From positions 2,720,001-2,784,000 of the forward strand of contig OZ243938.1 in the NCBI GenBank assembly GCA_965214095.1: DNA of 64,000 nt, in the 5' to 3' direction. This document shows positions 31,204 to 41,539 of the stretch, one piece after another. The stretch is from Candidatus Poribacteria bacterium. Lineage in GTDB: Bacteria; Poribacteria; WGA-4E; WGA-3G. Below the pieces are notes generated by a model. The model did no database searches, was not told the origin of the DNA, and saw only the letters and a program-made list of their open reading frames with translations. The translations under genes were made by a program, and so were the position numbers. Numbering within the stretch: position 1 is the first letter of the stretch; each line of letters opens with the position of its first letter.

Positions 31204-31280
31204 TATTGTTGGAGAGGTTTCCAATCCCGAGTTTATAGGTTTAGATTCAAAATATCGGGTTAGAAACCCCTCCAACAATA
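31204..31280. repeat. inverted doublet palindrome between convergent genes
   Basis: TATTGTTGGAGAGGTTTCCAATCCCGA ... TCGGGTTAGAAACCCCTCCAACAATA. Confidence 0.7.
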
Positions 31281-31287
31281 TGAGCAA

Positions 31288-31953
31288 CTAATCTTCTAAT
31301 CCACCTGCCCATTTTAGGCATCCGGTGATGTGTTCGTGGAACCACGGTTGACTCCAAAGTGCATCCGGGTGTCCAAATGCAGTATACATCACGCGTCCTT
31401 CCCCGTATTTATGACACCACCCAAGAGCATAATCGTTGTCATCACGATTACCGCGAGAGACATCAATGGAATCGTTATCCAAACGCATCAATACATGCGT
31501 ATTTTCACGCGACCAGTTTTTGAATGTGTAGATTTCATCTACAACTTTGAAACTCTCTCCGAGCATACGCGTTGAGGGATGATCTGTATCCTCAACGATG
31601 ACGTTGACTTCTTCATGCCATGGATGTCCGTTGAAATAACCCCCGATCATTTCTCCGAATTCTTCCCAATCGTAACAAGTGTCGGTAGCATTGTGGATTC
31701 CAAAGAAACCCTTGCCATTTCGGACAAAGTTGAGCAACGCCTCTTTTTGTGCATCGTTGAACGGCAAGTTACCTGTTGTTGCGAATGCGACGACATCGTG
31801 TTTAGCTAAATTGTCTTCTGAGATGCGATCGCAACGGTGTGTTGTTGTGACTCGCCATCCGTTTGCTGCACCGATCTCTTTGAGGGCAACTTCGGCATTC
31901 GGCAAATAACTATGTTCAAAACCAGCAGAATGACGTAACATCAGTATGTTCAT
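31288..31953 (-). CDS. ThuA-like domain protein
   Basis: GFEH, GIHNATD, GHPW, GRVMYTAFGH. Confidence 0.88.
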   Translation of the reverse strand: MNILMLRHSAGFEHSYLPNAEVALKEIGAANGWRVTTTHRCDRISEDNLAKHDVVAFATTGNLPFNDAQKEALLNFVRNGKGFFGIHNATDTCYDWEEFGEMIGGYFNGHPWHEEVNVIVEDTDHPSTRMLGESFKVVDEIYTFKNWSRENTHVLMRLDNDSIDVSRGNRDDNDYALGWCHKYGEGRVMYTAFGHPDALWSQPWFHEHITGCLKWAGGLED

Positions 31954-32027
31954 ATTTATATCCTTTCGGTGTTTGCAGTTTTGCTGGATATTATACAGGA
32001 TATTGCAAACTTATGGTGATATAATCT

Positions 32028-32052
32028 GGTGCGGTTGTGAACCGCACCTACC
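32028..32052. repeat. family-1 REP variant
   Basis: GGTGCGGTTGTGAACCGCACCTACC. Confidence 0.7.
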
Positions 32053-32061
32053 ATAAAGATT

Positions 32062-32832
32062 TTATATATTTGATCGGGATTGGCACCCGTCAACGTTAAT
32101 ACATGCTCCTGTAATAAGACTGGCGCGTTCTGATGCAAGGAAGACAGCGACATTGGCGATCTCTTCCGGTTTGCCAAAACGTCCCAACGGCATCTCACTT
32201 TCAACGAATGCTTTCATCTTTTCTGGGTCTGCTTTGATACGACGATCCCAACCGCCACCCGGAAATAGGATAGACCCAGGTGCAATGCTATTGACACGGA
32301 TGTTTTGTGGTGCAAGTTCCTTCGCCAACGATTTGGTCATACTGATTTCTGCGGATTTTGCTGCGTTATAGGTGATATGTCCGCCACCCTCTCTGCCGTA
32401 AATAGAGGTAATCATGATTATCGCGCCACCACCTTGTTTCTGCATTGCAGGGATAGCGTGTCGGTTAATACGTGCTGCTGAAACCAGATTTAGATCCAAG
32501 ATTTCATGCCATTCTTCATCTGAAATCTCGTCTAATGGTGTCCACCGACTCCCACCCACATTGTTGACAACCACATCTATTCTGGTGAAACGATTCAACG
32601 TCTCTGACATAAATGCCTCAACTTGATCAGGATCAGTTACATCGGTGGGTTTTGAAAACACTTTGATACCGTGTGCAGTGAGTTCCTCAGTTACATCTTG
32701 TAAGGTATCCGGGTCTCTCCCACAGACGCTAAGTCGTACACCTTCTTCTGCAAATCCGTTTGCGATGGCTCTACCGATTCCACGGCTTGCCCCTGTCACA
32801 ACGACGACTTTGTCTCTTAGTCTTAAGTTCAT
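32062..32832 (-). CDS. SDR family oxidoreductase
   Basis: TGASRGIG, NNVG, YNAAK. Confidence 0.92.
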   Translation of the reverse strand: MNLRLRDKVVVVTGASRGIGRAIANGFAEEGVRLSVCGRDPDTLQDVTEELTAHGIKVFSKPTDVTDPDQVEAFMSETLNRFTRIDVVVNNVGGSRWTPLDEISDEEWHEILDLNLVSAARINRHAIPAMQKQGGGAIIMITSIYGREGGGHITYNAAKSAEISMTKSLAKELAPQNIRVNSIAPGSILFPGGGWDRRIKADPEKMKAFVESEMPLGRFGKPEEIANVAVFLASERASLITGACINVDGCQSRSNI

Positions 32833-32887
32833 TTAGTTGGCTCCATTCCTTTCATGCAAAGGTAATCGTTTGAATGTACATAAGTGG

Positions 32888-33601
32888 TCATTTCTTTTTC
32901 TTTTTCGGTACTTTTTCTTCCTTAAGCCGATACCCTACGCCGTACACCGTTTCAATATGTGCTCCTAAATCACCGATTTTTCGTCTGAGTCGGCTGACGT
33001 GTGTATCCACTGTTCTATCAACACCGTAATATTCCTGTCCCCAGATGATATCCATAAGCACATCACGATTGAAAACGCGACCGGGTGAACGTGCAAACAT
33101 TGTAATAAGTTTGAATTCGGTTGCGGTGAGATCAATCGCGCCGTCTTCTGTTAACACTTGATGTCTATCCAAGTCAATTGTCACACCGTGTGTTTGTATC
33201 TGATTTTCCTCATCCGCCTCATTGCCTGCTTTGAGTCTTCGAAGGACAGCATTGATGCGTAAGACAACCTCGCGTGGACTAAAAGGTTTGGTGATATAAT
33301 CATCAGCACCTAATTCAAGTCCAGTTACGCGGTCACTTTCTTCAGATTTTGCGGTCAGCATGACGATGGGGATTTTTTTGGTGCGGGGGTCGTTCTTTAG
33401 GAGACGACAGACGATTAAGCCGTCAACCTCTGGTAGCATGAGATCTAATAGAATCAGGTCGGGTGGGTTATCTACTGCACGTTGCAGTGCGTCCGCCCCG
33501 TTACGTACAGCGTCAACTTTAAAATCCGCTTCCCGCAGATTATATCTTAGCAACTCTACGATGTCACGTTCATCCTCTACAATTAGTATTTTTGCTTCCA
33601 T
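32888..33601 (-). CDS. OmpR/PhoB-family response regulator (no adjacent kinase)
   Basis: ED, DLMLP, GADDYITKPF, RTVDTHVSRLR. Confidence 0.92.
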   Translation of the reverse strand: MEAKILIVEDERDIVELLRYNLREADFKVDAVRNGADALQRAVDNPPDLILLDLMLPEVDGLIVCRLLKNDPRTKKIPIVMLTAKSEESDRVTGLELGADDYITKPFSPREVVLRINAVLRRLKAGNEADEENQIQTHGVTIDLDRHQVLTEDGAIDLTATEFKLITMFARSPGRVFNRDVLMDIIWGQEYYGVDRTVDTHVSRLRRKIGDLGAHIETVYGVGYRLKEEKVPKKKKK

Positions 33602-33857
33602 CAGAATATCCTTGTTGTTCGCAGTTAATTAAAATAGGTTTCGTAAAGGTATGTGTCTAATACTAAATTATTTTAACACATTTAGGAGCAAAATTGTAGT
33701 GAAAAAACAGGCATATAACCTTGCGGTTACCTGCCTATTTTTTGTCAATGATTAACATAAATTATACAAGATTGCAAAAAAAGCAAGCAAATTACTGTTT
33801 TTTCAAAATTTCTTCAAATATCAGCAAAAAATCTGATAATTTTCATTAAAACCAAAA

Positions 33858-34901
33858 TTAATCTGAATTCCGAATAACAACCACTTCAACGGGTTTCAAT
33901 GTAACCACATCTCCCACCTCAAAGTACTGTTGATAGTCGGTTTGGACGAAATACTGTTTACTATCCACCTCAACGCGATAGGTAAAGTCATGCCCTTTGA
34001 ATTCACGGGCTACGATATGTCCTTGTTTTCTATCACGAGAATTGGTACTATGCTTTTCTATGTGGAGATGTTCCGGACGGATTGAAATGAGTGTGTGTGT
34101 TGTGTCTGGTGAATCTACTTCTAAAGTTCCAACGGGTGTATCTGCGATGCCATTTTTGATATCCGTTTCAATGATGTTCGTAGTGCCTAAAAATCTGGCG
34201 ACATATACTGTATTTGGGTGTTGGTATACTTCTGTAGGTGTGCCGATCTGTTCAATAGAACCGCTGTTCATGACTGCGACCCGTTCAGCGAAACTCAATG
34301 CTTCTTCTTGGTCGTGGGTTACCAGAACCACAGTGATCCCTGAGGCCTTTAGCAATTCGCGCACCTCTTCACGTGTGGTTTGTCGGAGCCCCGCATCAAG
34401 ACTTGAAAAAGGTTCGTCTAAGAGCAGGAGTTTCGGTTGTGTTGCAAGTGAACGTGCCAATGCGACCCTTTGCTGTTCTCCACCAGAGAGGTGGTGTGGC
34501 ATCCGTGCGTGTAGGTGTGCAATGCCGACTCGCTCAAGCGTATCCAAAGCATTTGCGTGCCGTTCCATTTTCGATATCTTCCGACTCAGACCGAAGGCAG
34601 CATTTTCAAGTACGTTTTTGTCAGGGAAAAGGGCATAATCTTGAAAGACAAACCCGATACCACGCGATTCAGGCGGAATGTATGTGTTTTGGTCATCAAG
34701 GACACGGTCTTCCATTGTTATCGTCCCTACGTCTGCCTTTTCAAATCCTGCAATGAGGCGTAAGGTTGTCGTTTTGCCACATCCGCTTGCACCTAATAAT
34801 GCGAAGATTTCCCCTGGATACACCTCAAAACTAACGTCTGTTACGATAGGTGTTGCTGCGAGCTGTTTTGTTGCTGAATTGACTGTGAGTAGTGGTTTCA
34901 T
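33858..34901 (-). CDS. ABC transporter ATP-binding protein (Fe3+/polyamine type)
   Basis: GASGCGKTT, LSGGEQQR, LLLDEP, TOBE-like tail. Confidence 0.9.
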   Translation of the reverse strand: MKPLLTVNSATKQLAATPIVTDVSFEVYPGEIFALLGASGCGKTTTLRLIAGFEKADVGTITMEDRVLDDQNTYIPPESRGIGFVFQDYALFPDKNVLENAAFGLSRKISKMERHANALDTLERVGIAHLHARMPHHLSGGEQQRVALARSLATQPKLLLLDEPFSSLDAGLRQTTREEVRELLKASGITVVLVTHDQEEALSFAERVAVMNSGSIEQIGTPTEVYQHPNTVYVARFLGTTNIIETDIKNGIADTPVGTLEVDSPDTTHTLISIRPEHLHIEKHSTNSRDRKQGHIVAREFKGHDFTYRVEVDSKQYFVQTDYQQYFEVGDVVTLKPVEVVVIRNSD

Positions 34902-34927
34902 AATTTAATTATAACATACTTATTGTG

Positions 34928-36859
34928 CTAAAGCGAATGTCCTGCCCCTGAAGATGGCATATAGAGATTCATTACAAAACTGATGATACTCAATACGCTT
35001 CGTGGCACGAAATCTCCTAACACCAATCCGAGAAAAAACGGAATAGCCTTGCGATAGGTTTGCCAACCCGAGAACCGTAGGATCATAAACTTAATCAACC
35101 AACTCACCATGACAGGAAACCAAAAGTAGATGAGTCCACCCCAAGAAGCACCGGACAGCACGTAACCTGATGGATGCAGAGTCCACCATAGCAGACGTGT
35201 TCGCAAGAAATTGAGCAGGAACACAAATGCGAATCCAGCACCCATAAATCCTATTGAACTGACATTTGCCTCCTTCGGATGTTGCAACCAACTTTGCAGG
35301 GGATTGAAACTTTCCCACCCGAAGTGTCCAACATGTCCCTGACATCTTGCGAGCACGCCGTATTGATAAGCGACCTGTAGATATGTCCAAAATGTGGCAA
35401 ATGCACCGATTCCGATAGCAAGTGCCATGCATAAGACTAATGTTTTTCCGGGTATACGTGCTTGATTGCCGATTCGGAGCGATTCAATCTGGTTCGGCAT
35501 CGGATGTGAGCGGTTGCATCTGTTGAACGCATACAGAAAAGTCATGATAGTCAGGTTCGGTGCACCTAAAGCGCGCGTGCCGAAAGCATTGACCATAATT
35601 TGGCGCGGATTTATCCCGATAACTTCATGATAAGGAGGTCCTAATTCCGCACGGACTCGTCCGATTGCGAGTGCAAATGCAATAAATAGCGCGTAAAAAG
35701 CAGCGATCACCCATAGCGACATACCCGCCATATAACAGAAAAGAAACACTGCACCAACACTGAGTATCGCGAGGATTGCAGTTGTTCTATAGGATAGCGG
35801 TTCATTGCTATCGTCACCTTGTTCAAGTCCCACCACATGTCTGAAAAACCGCACGATATGTCTACGTCCCATCCATAACGTTAGCACTGCGATGCCTATC
35901 CATGCCCCTGACGCGCGGTCATTGAGATGGAGTGTGCCGATATTCGTTATACCGACTGCACTTGCGATCACTCGTTCTGCGCGTGTTAGCCAGAAGAAAA
36001 ACCACGTGGAAAACGCAAGGTCAAGGGGCATGAAATAGGTCAAACCGACTATTGCAAGATTGAACGACATAGAGACATAACCGACTGCGTTCCACGGTCT
36101 GTCTGTGAGGAATCTATCTAACCGATAACTTGATGGGAATGCGGGGAATACAGGAAACAGGTCGTGCAATCCTGCAATGATGCGGACCAGAGCAGCGATT
36201 CCAAAGCCTATCCAAAGTGATCGTAACCTGAAGAAACTGCGATTCGTTGTCATCTGCAACGGCAACTGCGTCAATGGGAAACTTAATTTTTCGCGTTCCA
36301 TCCACTGTTTTCGGAGTAGCAATCCTAAACAGAGCAACGATCCGTAGAGAATGAAGATAAAACCTGTCCAGATAAGTACTGGTTTTGCCCAGATGCGAAG
36401 GTGTTCAGTCAGATACAGACTTGATTCACCTTCGTAATAACCTACTAACCATTCAGGGTCGTGTGCTGTTAGCCATTGTGGAATGTGATGTAAAAAGAGT
36501 TGAGCCCACTCATTTTCGGGAGTAGCGAACCAGAATGGGTGTGCTAATGTCCCCATCAGGATTGCCATCATGGCATGTCCAGAGATGGTGGAGACCATCG
36601 TCACCATGATATAAATCAGTAGCAATTCTGCTGGCGTGAATGCGATACGTGGTGTGAATTTGCGAAGGACAACGTTGAGAACAAGCAGTGCTGCCAGTGT
36701 AAAGACCGCATTAGAAAACGGGGAGACAAGTGTATAGACTGCATACCAGAGTTCACTGGCTATTCCAACCCAGTATGCGTTTACGATGACGAGGATTAAA
36801 CCAACAATTATCGCTTTTTTGGAGATAACCTCGTTAGTTTGCGAGGTTTGGTGATTCAT
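34928..36859 (-). CDS. polytopic membrane protein (DUF6785/DUF6784-like putative transporter)
   Basis: Many TM segments; E.LSFPL, R.RAELG, W.LHP.G, PFFLGL.LGD. Confidence 0.7.
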   Translation of the reverse strand: MNHQTSQTNEVISKKAIIVGLILVIVNAYWVGIASELWYAVYTLVSPFSNAVFTLAALLVLNVVLRKFTPRIAFTPAELLLIYIMVTMVSTISGHAMMAILMGTLAHPFWFATPENEWAQLFLHHIPQWLTAHDPEWLVGYYEGESSLYLTEHLRIWAKPVLIWTGFIFILYGSLLCLGLLLRKQWMEREKLSFPLTQLPLQMTTNRSFFRLRSLWIGFGIAALVRIIAGLHDLFPVFPAFPSSYRLDRFLTDRPWNAVGYVSMSFNLAIVGLTYFMPLDLAFSTWFFFWLTRAERVIASAVGITNIGTLHLNDRASGAWIGIAVLTLWMGRRHIVRFFRHVVGLEQGDDSNEPLSYRTTAILAILSVGAVFLFCYMAGMSLWVIAAFYALFIAFALAIGRVRAELGPPYHEVIGINPRQIMVNAFGTRALGAPNLTIMTFLYAFNRCNRSHPMPNQIESLRIGNQARIPGKTLVLCMALAIGIGAFATFWTYLQVAYQYGVLARCQGHVGHFGWESFNPLQSWLQHPKEANVSSIGFMGAGFAFVFLLNFLRTRLLWWTLHPSGYVLSGASWGGLIYFWFPVMVSWLIKFMILRFSGWQTYRKAIPFFLGLVLGDFVPRSVLSIISFVMNLYMPSSGAGHSL

Positions 36860-36908
36860 TAATTTTGTGGTTAGGGATTTGCTTTGCTCAATGAGAACTG
36901 CGGTACTT

Positions 36909-38432
36909 CTACAACTGTGCCATGGTTTGCATTTCTTTTCCCATTAATTCCAATATCTGGTCAAGCGTTTGGTACAACTTTATAGTATTCCCGACTTCAT
37001 CTGTCTTAATGAGACGGATTGCTTCTTGCAGTTGTGTATCATGCCTTAAGTTGACAGTCCTTTCAATACCGACATTAATGTTGAACAGTTGTTCAGTACG
37101 TATTGTCAACCATCTTAGACTGACTCGGTATCCATCATCAGCAAGTTTTTGCCTGAATTGTGGAAGTTCTGCCTCAAGTTTTCCAAAATCAGTAGGGGTA
37201 TTCCCTATACGTTTGGATTCTTCCTCAATCCATTCAGTGACAAAATTCTCCAGTGCATTTTTCTCTGCGACGATCCGCTGCATTATTTGTTCGATTCTTT
37301 CGGGTTGCGGTTCAGTAACGTGGACGTGTGGTGCAATCCCCGTATTATCTATTGATATGCCGTTAGGTGTATAATAGGATGATATTGTGAGTGAAATGGC
37401 ACCGAGGTCAGTTAGAGGGTATCGTTTTTGGACAACACCTTTGCCGTAAGTTTTTGTGCCGACAAGGATTCCCCGACCTGTATCTTTGATTGCACCTGCA
37501 ACAATTTCGGATGCACTGGCACTATATTCATCTACGAGGACAACAATGGGGATATCAGAGTCACACCTGGTTTTAGGACGGGCGAGATATTGATCATCAA
37601 ACTCGCTTTTTCTTCCCTTTGTTGAAACGATTATCCCCTGACTGATAAATGCGTCAGCGATGTGGTATGCTGCATCAAGCAAACCGCCTTGATTATTTCG
37701 TAAGTCTAAGATGAGTGCCTGCATACCTGCTTCTTTATGTTCTGCAAGTGCTTTGTTGAATTCTTCTACTGTGCCACCTACCCGGTTTGTTCCAATAAAT
37801 TTGGTTATTCTTATATATGCGATGTTATCGTCCAACATAGTTGTTGTTACACTTGGTACAGCGATTTTAGCGCGTTTAAGTTTTACATCAAAAGGTTCAA
37901 GGAACTTGCGTTGTACGGTAATGGTGACATTTGTATTAACTGCCCCTCTGAGTAGATCGACAACATCGTCAACGGTCATACCTGTTCTTTCATTTAAGAA
38001 GATTTGTTTTCCATTAACTTTGGTAATGTAATCGCCGGCTTGAAGATGTGCGGAATCTGCGGGAGTTCCTGGTATTGGTTTAGATATTTTGATAAATCCA
38101 CGATCAGGGTATATGCCTACTCCAATCCCACCGAAATTTGCATTATATAGATTTTCAACAGAACGTTGATGATCTCGTTCCGATAATAGATAAGTATATG
38201 GGTCATTTATTGCACCGAGTGCGCCTTTTATTGCACCACGATACATTGCATTTGTGTCTACCGGTTTATAATGATTTTCTTTTGCGGTATCAATAGCAGA
38301 TCTAAGTGCTATGATCAATCGGTTTATTTGCTCGGTTTCACTGGCTGCATCTTTCTCATTGGAGTGAATGATGAACAATGGTATTCCTATCGCTACGACT
38401 AATACGATGAACGACAATGTGTATCTTTTCAT
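36909..38432 (-). CDS. S41 carboxyl-terminal processing protease (CtpA-like)
   Basis: PDZ GIG, DLRNNQGG, SASASEI, TYGKG. Confidence 0.92.
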   Translation of the reverse strand: MKRYTLSFIVLVVAIGIPLFIIHSNEKDAASETEQINRLIIALRSAIDTAKENHYKPVDTNAMYRGAIKGALGAINDPYTYLLSERDHQRSVENLYNANFGGIGVGIYPDRGFIKISKPIPGTPADSAHLQAGDYITKVNGKQIFLNERTGMTVDDVVDLLRGAVNTNVTITVQRKFLEPFDVKLKRAKIAVPSVTTTMLDDNIAYIRITKFIGTNRVGGTVEEFNKALAEHKEAGMQALILDLRNNQGGLLDAAYHIADAFISQGIIVSTKGRKSEFDDQYLARPKTRCDSDIPIVVLVDEYSASASEIVAGAIKDTGRGILVGTKTYGKGVVQKRYPLTDLGAISLTISSYYTPNGISIDNTGIAPHVHVTEPQPERIEQIMQRIVAEKNALENFVTEWIEEESKRIGNTPTDFGKLEAELPQFRQKLADDGYRVSLRWLTIRTEQLFNINVGIERTVNLRHDTQLQEAIRLIKTDEVGNTIKLYQTLDQILELMGKEMQTMAQL

Positions 38433-38581
38433 ACGGGTACCCTGCTGCTGTTATTATAGCTCAATGTTCATTTGATGTGTTTTGTTTATATTCTAGTATG
38501 TTAGCATATTTTCTGTGTTTAAGCAATGGTATAATCAATAAACTGTCTGCTGTTTCCAATAGTCACAGTTAATTTCACAAG

Positions 38582-39484
38582 TCAATCCTGTTTCGGTTGT
38601 GTTTTCCACCGATTGTGAAGCCAAAGCCACTGATCCGGATATTTCTGTATGTATTTTTCCAACTCTTTAACAAGAAACGTTGTATATTCTATAACATCGG
38701 TTTCTGTATCACCAGATGAATCCAAATAGATTGGTGGAGAGATGTAGACATGATGTTGGTCATTTGGTTGCCGTATATCTAATGTAAATAGGATCGGCGT
38801 ATCGGTTTTCAATGCTATTGTTACGGGTGCTCTGGATGTGGATGCGGGTTTGCCAAAGAACTCAATGAATATTCCTTGCTCTCCTGCATTCTGATCAGCA
38901 AAAAACCCGACAGCTTCATTATTTTTTAGGGCACGTAGTGTTGCGCGAATAGCGTTTTTTCTCGGTATAAGTTTTAGACTCAGACGTTCTCTATTACGGC
39001 AAATATAAGCATTCAGTTTCTCATTTTTTAAAGGAAATGCGATGGCTGTTGCCCGGTTTGGAATGAGTACTCCCCAAACGAGTGAGAGAAGTTCCCAATT
39101 CCCAAAATGTGTTAAAACTACGATGACTCCTTTGCCTTTTTCAAATGCTGCATCAAGATGCTCTCTGCCTTCAACTGAAACTTCCTCCCAGATATTGTCA
39201 GGATTCAGTTTGGTGAAACGCATGAATTCAATGATTGTTTTACTGAGATTTATAAAACTTGCTTTACACATATCACGCCGCCTGTCTTCGTCCATGTCGT
39301 TTCCGAAGGCAATCTGTAAGTTATTGAGTGCGATCTGTTTGCGTTTTTTGAGGGTGCGATAGAGAAGTTTACCAATTCCTGTGCCGAGGGACATTGCCCA
39401 TTTCTTGGGTAGGAGACGGCAAACCCAACCAAAGATCATAACGAACTGATATACTGCACTGTCCTTCAATTTGTTTCGCGTCAT
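38582..39484 (-). CDS. lipid A biosynthesis/lysophospholipid acyltransferase (LpxL family)
   Basis: HFGNWE, ADQ, FFG, PDQWLWLHNRWK. Confidence 0.9.
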   Translation of the reverse strand: MTRNKLKDSAVYQFVMIFGWVCRLLPKKWAMSLGTGIGKLLYRTLKKRKQIALNNLQIAFGNDMDEDRRRDMCKASFINLSKTIIEFMRFTKLNPDNIWEEVSVEGREHLDAAFEKGKGVIVVLTHFGNWELLSLVWGVLIPNRATAIAFPLKNEKLNAYICRNRERLSLKLIPRKNAIRATLRALKNNEAVGFFADQNAGEQGIFIEFFGKPASTSRAPVTIALKTDTPILFTLDIRQPNDQHHVYISPPIYLDSSGDTETDVIEYTTFLVKELEKYIQKYPDQWLWLHNRWKTQPKQD

Positions 39485-39588
39485 TGTATATGTATTTTTC
39501 CTGAATGTCTGATAATATCTAATTCTATTGATAGTTCTCCGATGATATTAACCTGTATATATCCGTGCGATACTATGTATTTCACATC

Positions 39589-41172
39589 TTATACGGTTTG
39601 CAAGTTACTCATAGAGAGTAACCAGGGTTCATCTACCAAAGCACGCAGGAATATCCCACGTGCGCCATTCAAGTCTCTGTTCATCTTGCGTCCTGTGCTA
39701 TCTTTGATTATCTTGCGTCCACCGAGTGATTTTCTCATCTCACCATTCCAAGAAACTGTTTTTGATGTGTATGCTTCACAGACATCAACGATGATAGATC
39801 CAGTTTCTTTCGCTTTATGTTTTAGGAACTGTTTGAATCTGTAGTGAGAGAGTGTCAACATTTGTCGGACAGACCTCTTGCGTAGTTTGCGTTTTCCACG
39901 CATTACCATATCTGAAGTCTCAAATGTTGGGAGTAAGATAATATCAAAGGTATCTACAAGGTATCGTGCGACTTTATGATGCAATTCATCTACAAGATTT
40001 CTTATACGTGTGCGTATTCTGTTTGCAGCACGTCTCATATTCTTGCGTGATTGTCTATTTGCTTTAGCTGCACGAGATAATAGGTCATCGAGATATGAAC
40101 AGAGTCTTTGAATCCGATTGATAGCATGGTGTCCAAGCCATCCGAAACCACGCTCATGAAAATATGTGAGGAATGTTCTCACGCCAGGGTCTAAAGCAAC
40201 AACACGTCCGTTTGGCTTTCGCTTCGGAGTTGTCACAGTATAGGAAACACAGAGATAGTATTTATCATTCTCTTTCACGAGGCGTGAGTCACAGATATTA
40301 TCAGGTAACATCTCTGACATTTTGAGGTGTCCCAGCAAGGTGTGGTAAACACCTTGTTTTTTTATGGAAGACTTTGGAATGAAAATACTAGCTGAAGGGT
40401 GCCGTTTAGATTTGAAAGACACAGATTGAAACGCACCTGTTTTCTGACATTTTTGCTTTGCTGCTCTAACAGCAATACAAGCATCACGGATAGCAATAGA
40501 CTTTATCTGATACGGCGTTTCTTTGCTCCAATCAGGTAGATCGTGAAGAATACCTGTTTTTATCGCTTTCCAATTCGCTTTTGTGTCTGTTTCGTTCAAC
40601 AAAGCAACCGTTTTGTTGTAGGTAAAACGTGCTGTGCCAAACCACTGCCGAAGCGTTTCACGTTGTTCTGTTGTTGGATAAACTCTTATCTTCTTTGATT
40701 TTGTCACGGTAACTTCTGAGTCCGTGCATCCGGCTACTGAAGACATGCAGGATTGCGAGAAGATCCTGCGTGAGTTCTTCTTGTGGACTGTGCTCTGTTT
40801 GATCGAGAACCACGAGTTCGCCACCGTTTTGTTCAATGAGGTATCGTACAAGGTCGATATCGAATCGGGCGAGCCTATCCCGATGGGCAATAACAACTTG
40901 GAGCTTATCACCTTGCATAAGCCGTTCCAATAAGGTTCTAAGCCCTTTCCTTTTGAAGTTGATACCGCTTCCGATGTCTTTGATAACTTCTGCTTCGGGG
41001 TATATGCTTCGTATATACTCAACTTGTCGTTCGAGGTCATCTCTTTGCTTTGTGCTGGATACTCTGCAGTAGCAAACAGTTGCAATTGATTTGGATTTGC
41101 TTTTGATGTATCCTTCAACATCATAGCGTCTGTGTCCGCCTCCTGTGCGGATATATTCAATCTTTCCTTCAT
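39589..41172 (-). CDS. tnpB: IS607 TnpB, pro-Fanzor-type RuvC; true start uncertain (core begins about 40750-40700)
   Basis: ALDPGVRTF, IILLPTFE, VCEAYTSKT, RDLNGARGI. Confidence 0.85.
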   Translation of the reverse strand: MKERLNISAQEADTDAMMLKDTSKANPNQLQLFATAEYPAQSKEMTSNDKLSIYEAYTPKQKLSKTSEAVSTSKGKGLEPYWNGLCKVISSKLLLPIGIGSPDSISTLYDTSLNKTVANSWFSIKQSTVHKKNSRRIFSQSCMSSVAGCTDSEVTVTKSKKIRVYPTTEQRETLRQWFGTARFTYNKTVALLNETDTKANWKAIKTGILHDLPDWSKETPYQIKSIAIRDACIAVRAAKQKCQKTGAFQSVSFKSKRHPSASIFIPKSSIKKQGVYHTLLGHLKMSEMLPDNICDSRLVKENDKYYLCVSYTVTTPKRKPNGRVVALDPGVRTFLTYFHERGFGWLGHHAINRIQRLCSYLDDLLSRAAKANRQSRKNMRRAANRIRTRIRNLVDELHHKVARYLVDTFDIILLPTFETSDMVMRGKRKLRKRSVRQMLTLSHYRFKQFLKHKAKETGSIIVDVCEAYTSKTVSWNGEMRKSLGGRKIIKDSTGRKMNRDLNGARGIFLRALVDEPWLLSMSNLQTV

Positions 41173-41244
41173 TTGCTAACTTCCTCAAATGGTCGGGGTA
41201 TAATCCAGCAGTTCACTTGCTTTACGTGCTGATACATAAGCCAT
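40658..41244 (-). pseudogene. tnpA: IS607 TnpA serine recombinase, frameshifted in the N-terminal HTH
   Basis: GGHRRY, YCRVSS, DIGSG, DRLARF; the ATG at 41244 (MAYVSARKASEL) is one base out of frame with the rest. Confidence 0.8.
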
Positions 41245-41539
41245 ATAATAGCGGACTACAAATCCAGATAAATATCAAGAAAAATATAGATATTTAGATA
41301 CTGTTACTCAACCCTTTGAAGTAGAATGTAAGAGGCGCAATGAATTGCGCGACTACAAACCGACTATTTCTTAAAGGGTATGTTGTTTTTTAGAAATGGT
41401 ATAATATCTTGTTTGTCAATGATTAGAGTATATCATACATAGTTGTTGAAGACAACTGGTAGGATAGGACAAATTATTTTCAACTTGATAGGTTTCTATA
41501 TGCGTGGTAGAATTAACCTAAAGATAAGGAGGCATTAAA

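Larger units (their letters stand above)
39539..41313 (-). mobile_element. IS607-family element (tnpA serine recombinase + tnpB)
   Basis: Gene pair present; ends inferred from GG cores (39539-39540 and 41312-41314) and AT-rich subterminal repeats; boundaries approximate. Confidence 0.75.

Noticed and set aside
33997-34638. Long antisense ORFs (also 29392-29886, 36922-37374, 48041-48505)
   Set aside because: They lie antisense to well-supported genes and have no motifs or RBS.
41185-41244. Programmed frameshift in IS607 tnpA
   Set aside because: No clear slippery heptamer. A 1-bp deletion or assembly error is simpler.
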